A DNA stretch of 64,000 nt. It comes from Malacoraja senta. Lineage: Eukaryota. Positions 61,870-64,000 of this stretch are shown here, piece after piece; within the stretch, counting starts at the first letter, position 1, and each line of letters opens with the position of its first letter. The position numbers and the translations under genes were made by a program. Under the pieces are notes generated by a model that was given only the letters and a program-made list of their open reading frames with translations, ran no database searches and had not been told where the DNA came from. The stretch is from NCBI GenBank assembly GCA_038087875.1, contig CM075989.1, positions 4,836,001 to 4,900,000 on the forward strand. The letters run 5' to 3'.

Positions 61870-62750
61870 TCTATACACAACTAAAACTCTGATCTTGTTA
61901 TCTTCCGGTTTGCGCACAAACGGTACGCGACAGCGCTAGGATTTTTCGCCAGCTCACTCACTGCTCTCCTTTGCTGCGAGTGCACAAAGTTTCATTCCGA
62001 TCAGTGATCTATTGTAAAAGTTAGCGAGGTTTAAAAATCTTTAAAACCGCACGTGCGCAGATCGATTTCCTCTCCTGCCAGTCAGTGCCATGTGGATTAG
62101 TCTCTTCTCCTGTCACTCCGCGGGACGGTCCGCCCCTTCCTGCGCCATCGCGTCTTTACTGGAGCTGAGGGAGGCCCTGGATGGCCGGTGGACGTCTCCA
62201 ACCGGAGATGTTCGGAGGGACCGGATGTGGCCCGGCCCAACCCAGCGCGGAGTTGGAGATGTCGCCAATGTCGCCAAACGGAAAGTGGAGACTCTGATCC
62301 CGGCGGAGGAGAATGACCAGCAGCCCACTGTGAGTCCCCATCGCAACGCCAGCTCCAGCCCCTTCCCCTCTGGTCCCCCTCGCTGGCTCCTGCCCCCCTC
62401 CCCCGTGATACCTCCTCTCCCCCATGGCTCTCCCCCCGTCTTTTCTCTGAGCTCTCGCCCCCCCTCCCCTCCCGCCCACACAGCTCTCTCCCCCCACAAC
62501 CACCCCACACCCACACACCCCCCTCCCCCCACAACCCCCCTGCCCACACACCCCACTCCCCCCACAACACCCCCCCTGCCCACACACCCATCCCCTCCAC
62601 AACCCCCCCCACCCCACCCCCCCTCCCCCCACAACCCCCCTGCCCACACACCCACAACCCCCCCGCCCCCAAACCCCTCCCCCACGCCCCTCCCCGCCAT
62701 ACACATACCCCTCTCCCTGCCCACACCCCTCCCCGCCGCCCACACATGAG
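61870..62750 (+). mobile_element. Probable Helitron-related 5' fragment ending in a C-rich degenerate tandem array
   Basis: A|TCTATACACAACTAAAACTCTGATCTTG resembles the Helitron start at 41690. No 3' CTAG/hairpin seen. Confidence 0.45.
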
Positions 62751-63850
62751 GGGAGAATGAAACAAAGGAAGTGATGATGTAAGATCAGCGTAAATGGGTG
62801 GTCAATGATCGGTGTGAATTTGGTGAGCTGAAGGGCCGAATGGCTTACTCCTGCACCTATTGTCTATTGTCTATCAAGTCTGTCTCCTGTCTCCATCTCT
62901 CTATCATTCCATGCACTTACCGCAGGTTTGGTGGACACAGTGGAAGGTTTGCAGCCGTATCTATTGTCATGTAAGCTACAATAAACCTACATGAAGCTTC
63001 TGTGTCCTTAGCTCCAACGGTGGAGCAGCTGGCAGAGTTGCTGCCTCACAGCCCCATTGACCCAGGTTCGATCCTGACCTGTCTGCGTGGAGTTTGCATG
63101 TTCTCTCTGTGACCGTGTGGGTTTCCTCCGAGTGCCCTAGTTTCCTCCCACGTCCCCAGGACGTACGGGTTTGTCCTGAAAGTGTAGGGAGTAGATGAGA
63201 AAATGGGATGACATAGATCTAGTGTGAATGAGTGTGTTGGTCTTAGTTTTACTTTAGACTTTAGAGATACAGTGCGGAAACTGGGCCTTCGACTCACCGA
63301 ATTTGCATCTACCAACGACCCCTGTACACAAACACTATCCTACACACGAGAAACAATTTACAATTTTAGTGAGGTCAATTAACCCTCAAATTTGTACGTC
63401 TTTGCGTGAGGAAGGAAACCGAAGCACCCGGAGAAAACCCACGCGGGCACAGAGAGAACGTATAAACTTTGTACAGACAGCACCCGTAGTCAGGATCGAA
63501 CCAGGTCTCTGGCATTGTAAGGCAGAAACTCTACCGCTGCTCCACTGTGCCGCCCTTTTCTAATGAATCCTTCCCCTTCCACAGTAGTTTGAATGTAGTG
63601 CGATGGCCAGCGTGGACTCGGTGGCTGGAGGGCGTGTTTCCATGATGTATGGCTAAACTAAAGCTAAATAGATTGTGTCCTCCACCTTAGGAGACTTTAC
63701 AATTGGTGACAAATCTCATAAAACATTTTTAAAACATCAGAAAATAAAGGTGATCGCCACGCCCTTATAGTCCGTGCTTCTGTTTTGTGGTCGGTGTGGG
63801 CAAGTTGGGCCGAAGGGCCTGTTTCCACACTGTACTGGCTCTGTGACTCT

Positions 63851-64000
63851 GAGTCGGTGGAAAAGTTGTTCAAGCTGTAGGAACAAGTTCAGCCAGTTGG
63901 ATGAAAATGTAGGAGGAGAGGAACTGGTGGGATGTTTGTTGCAGGACGAATCGGAGGGCTTTCAGTCCTTCATGATGGGGAATGGAGGTGTACGAGGTAC
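63851..64000 (-). mobile_element. Penelope-like reverse transcriptase fragment (runs off the window)
   Basis: Minus strand reads SYTSIPHHEGLKALRFVL...IQLAELV..(frameshift)LNNFS, typical of PLE RT (SLYTSIPH..GL.AL...LAELVLTLNNF). Confidence 0.72.

Noticed and set aside
62090..62765. Four overlapping 195-222-aa Pro- or Gly-rich ORFs
   Set aside because: By-product of a C/A-rich low-complexity tract.
63962..64000. Minus-strand VPRTPPFPIMKD* as the C-terminus of a neighbouring gene
   Set aside because: Another frame of the same bases matches Penelope RT (YTSIPH..GLKAL), which explains the region better.

Overview
Eukaryotic, repeat-rich vertebrate DNA. It is most likely from a cartilaginous fish (skate/ray), inferred from HE1-like V-SINEs and CR1/HER1-like LINEs. 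Bases ~170-38.5k carry 20 plus-strand coding exons of TICRR/Treslin (equivalent to human exons 3-22 by my count), each with GT-AG junctions and consistent phase. Anomalies in the gene are an apparent -1 frameshift in the giant exon, a probable homopolymer slip at the C-terminus, and a near-identical 2.8-kb tandem duplication that copies the penultimate exon. The introns and the downstream ~25 kb are a mosaic of mobile elements. These include IR/DR Tc1 (DD34E) copies, RTE, CR1 and Rex1/L2-type LINE fragments, tRNA-derived V-SINEs, Harbinger-like MITEs, TIR elements with 6- and 7-bp TSDs, composite non-autonomous Helitrons, and many Penelope-derived repeats carrying minimal hammerhead-ribozyme motifs, several as fold-back palindromes. 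No CRISPR array or prokaryotic system is present. All family assignments come from pattern recognition, not database searches, and repeat boundaries are approximate.
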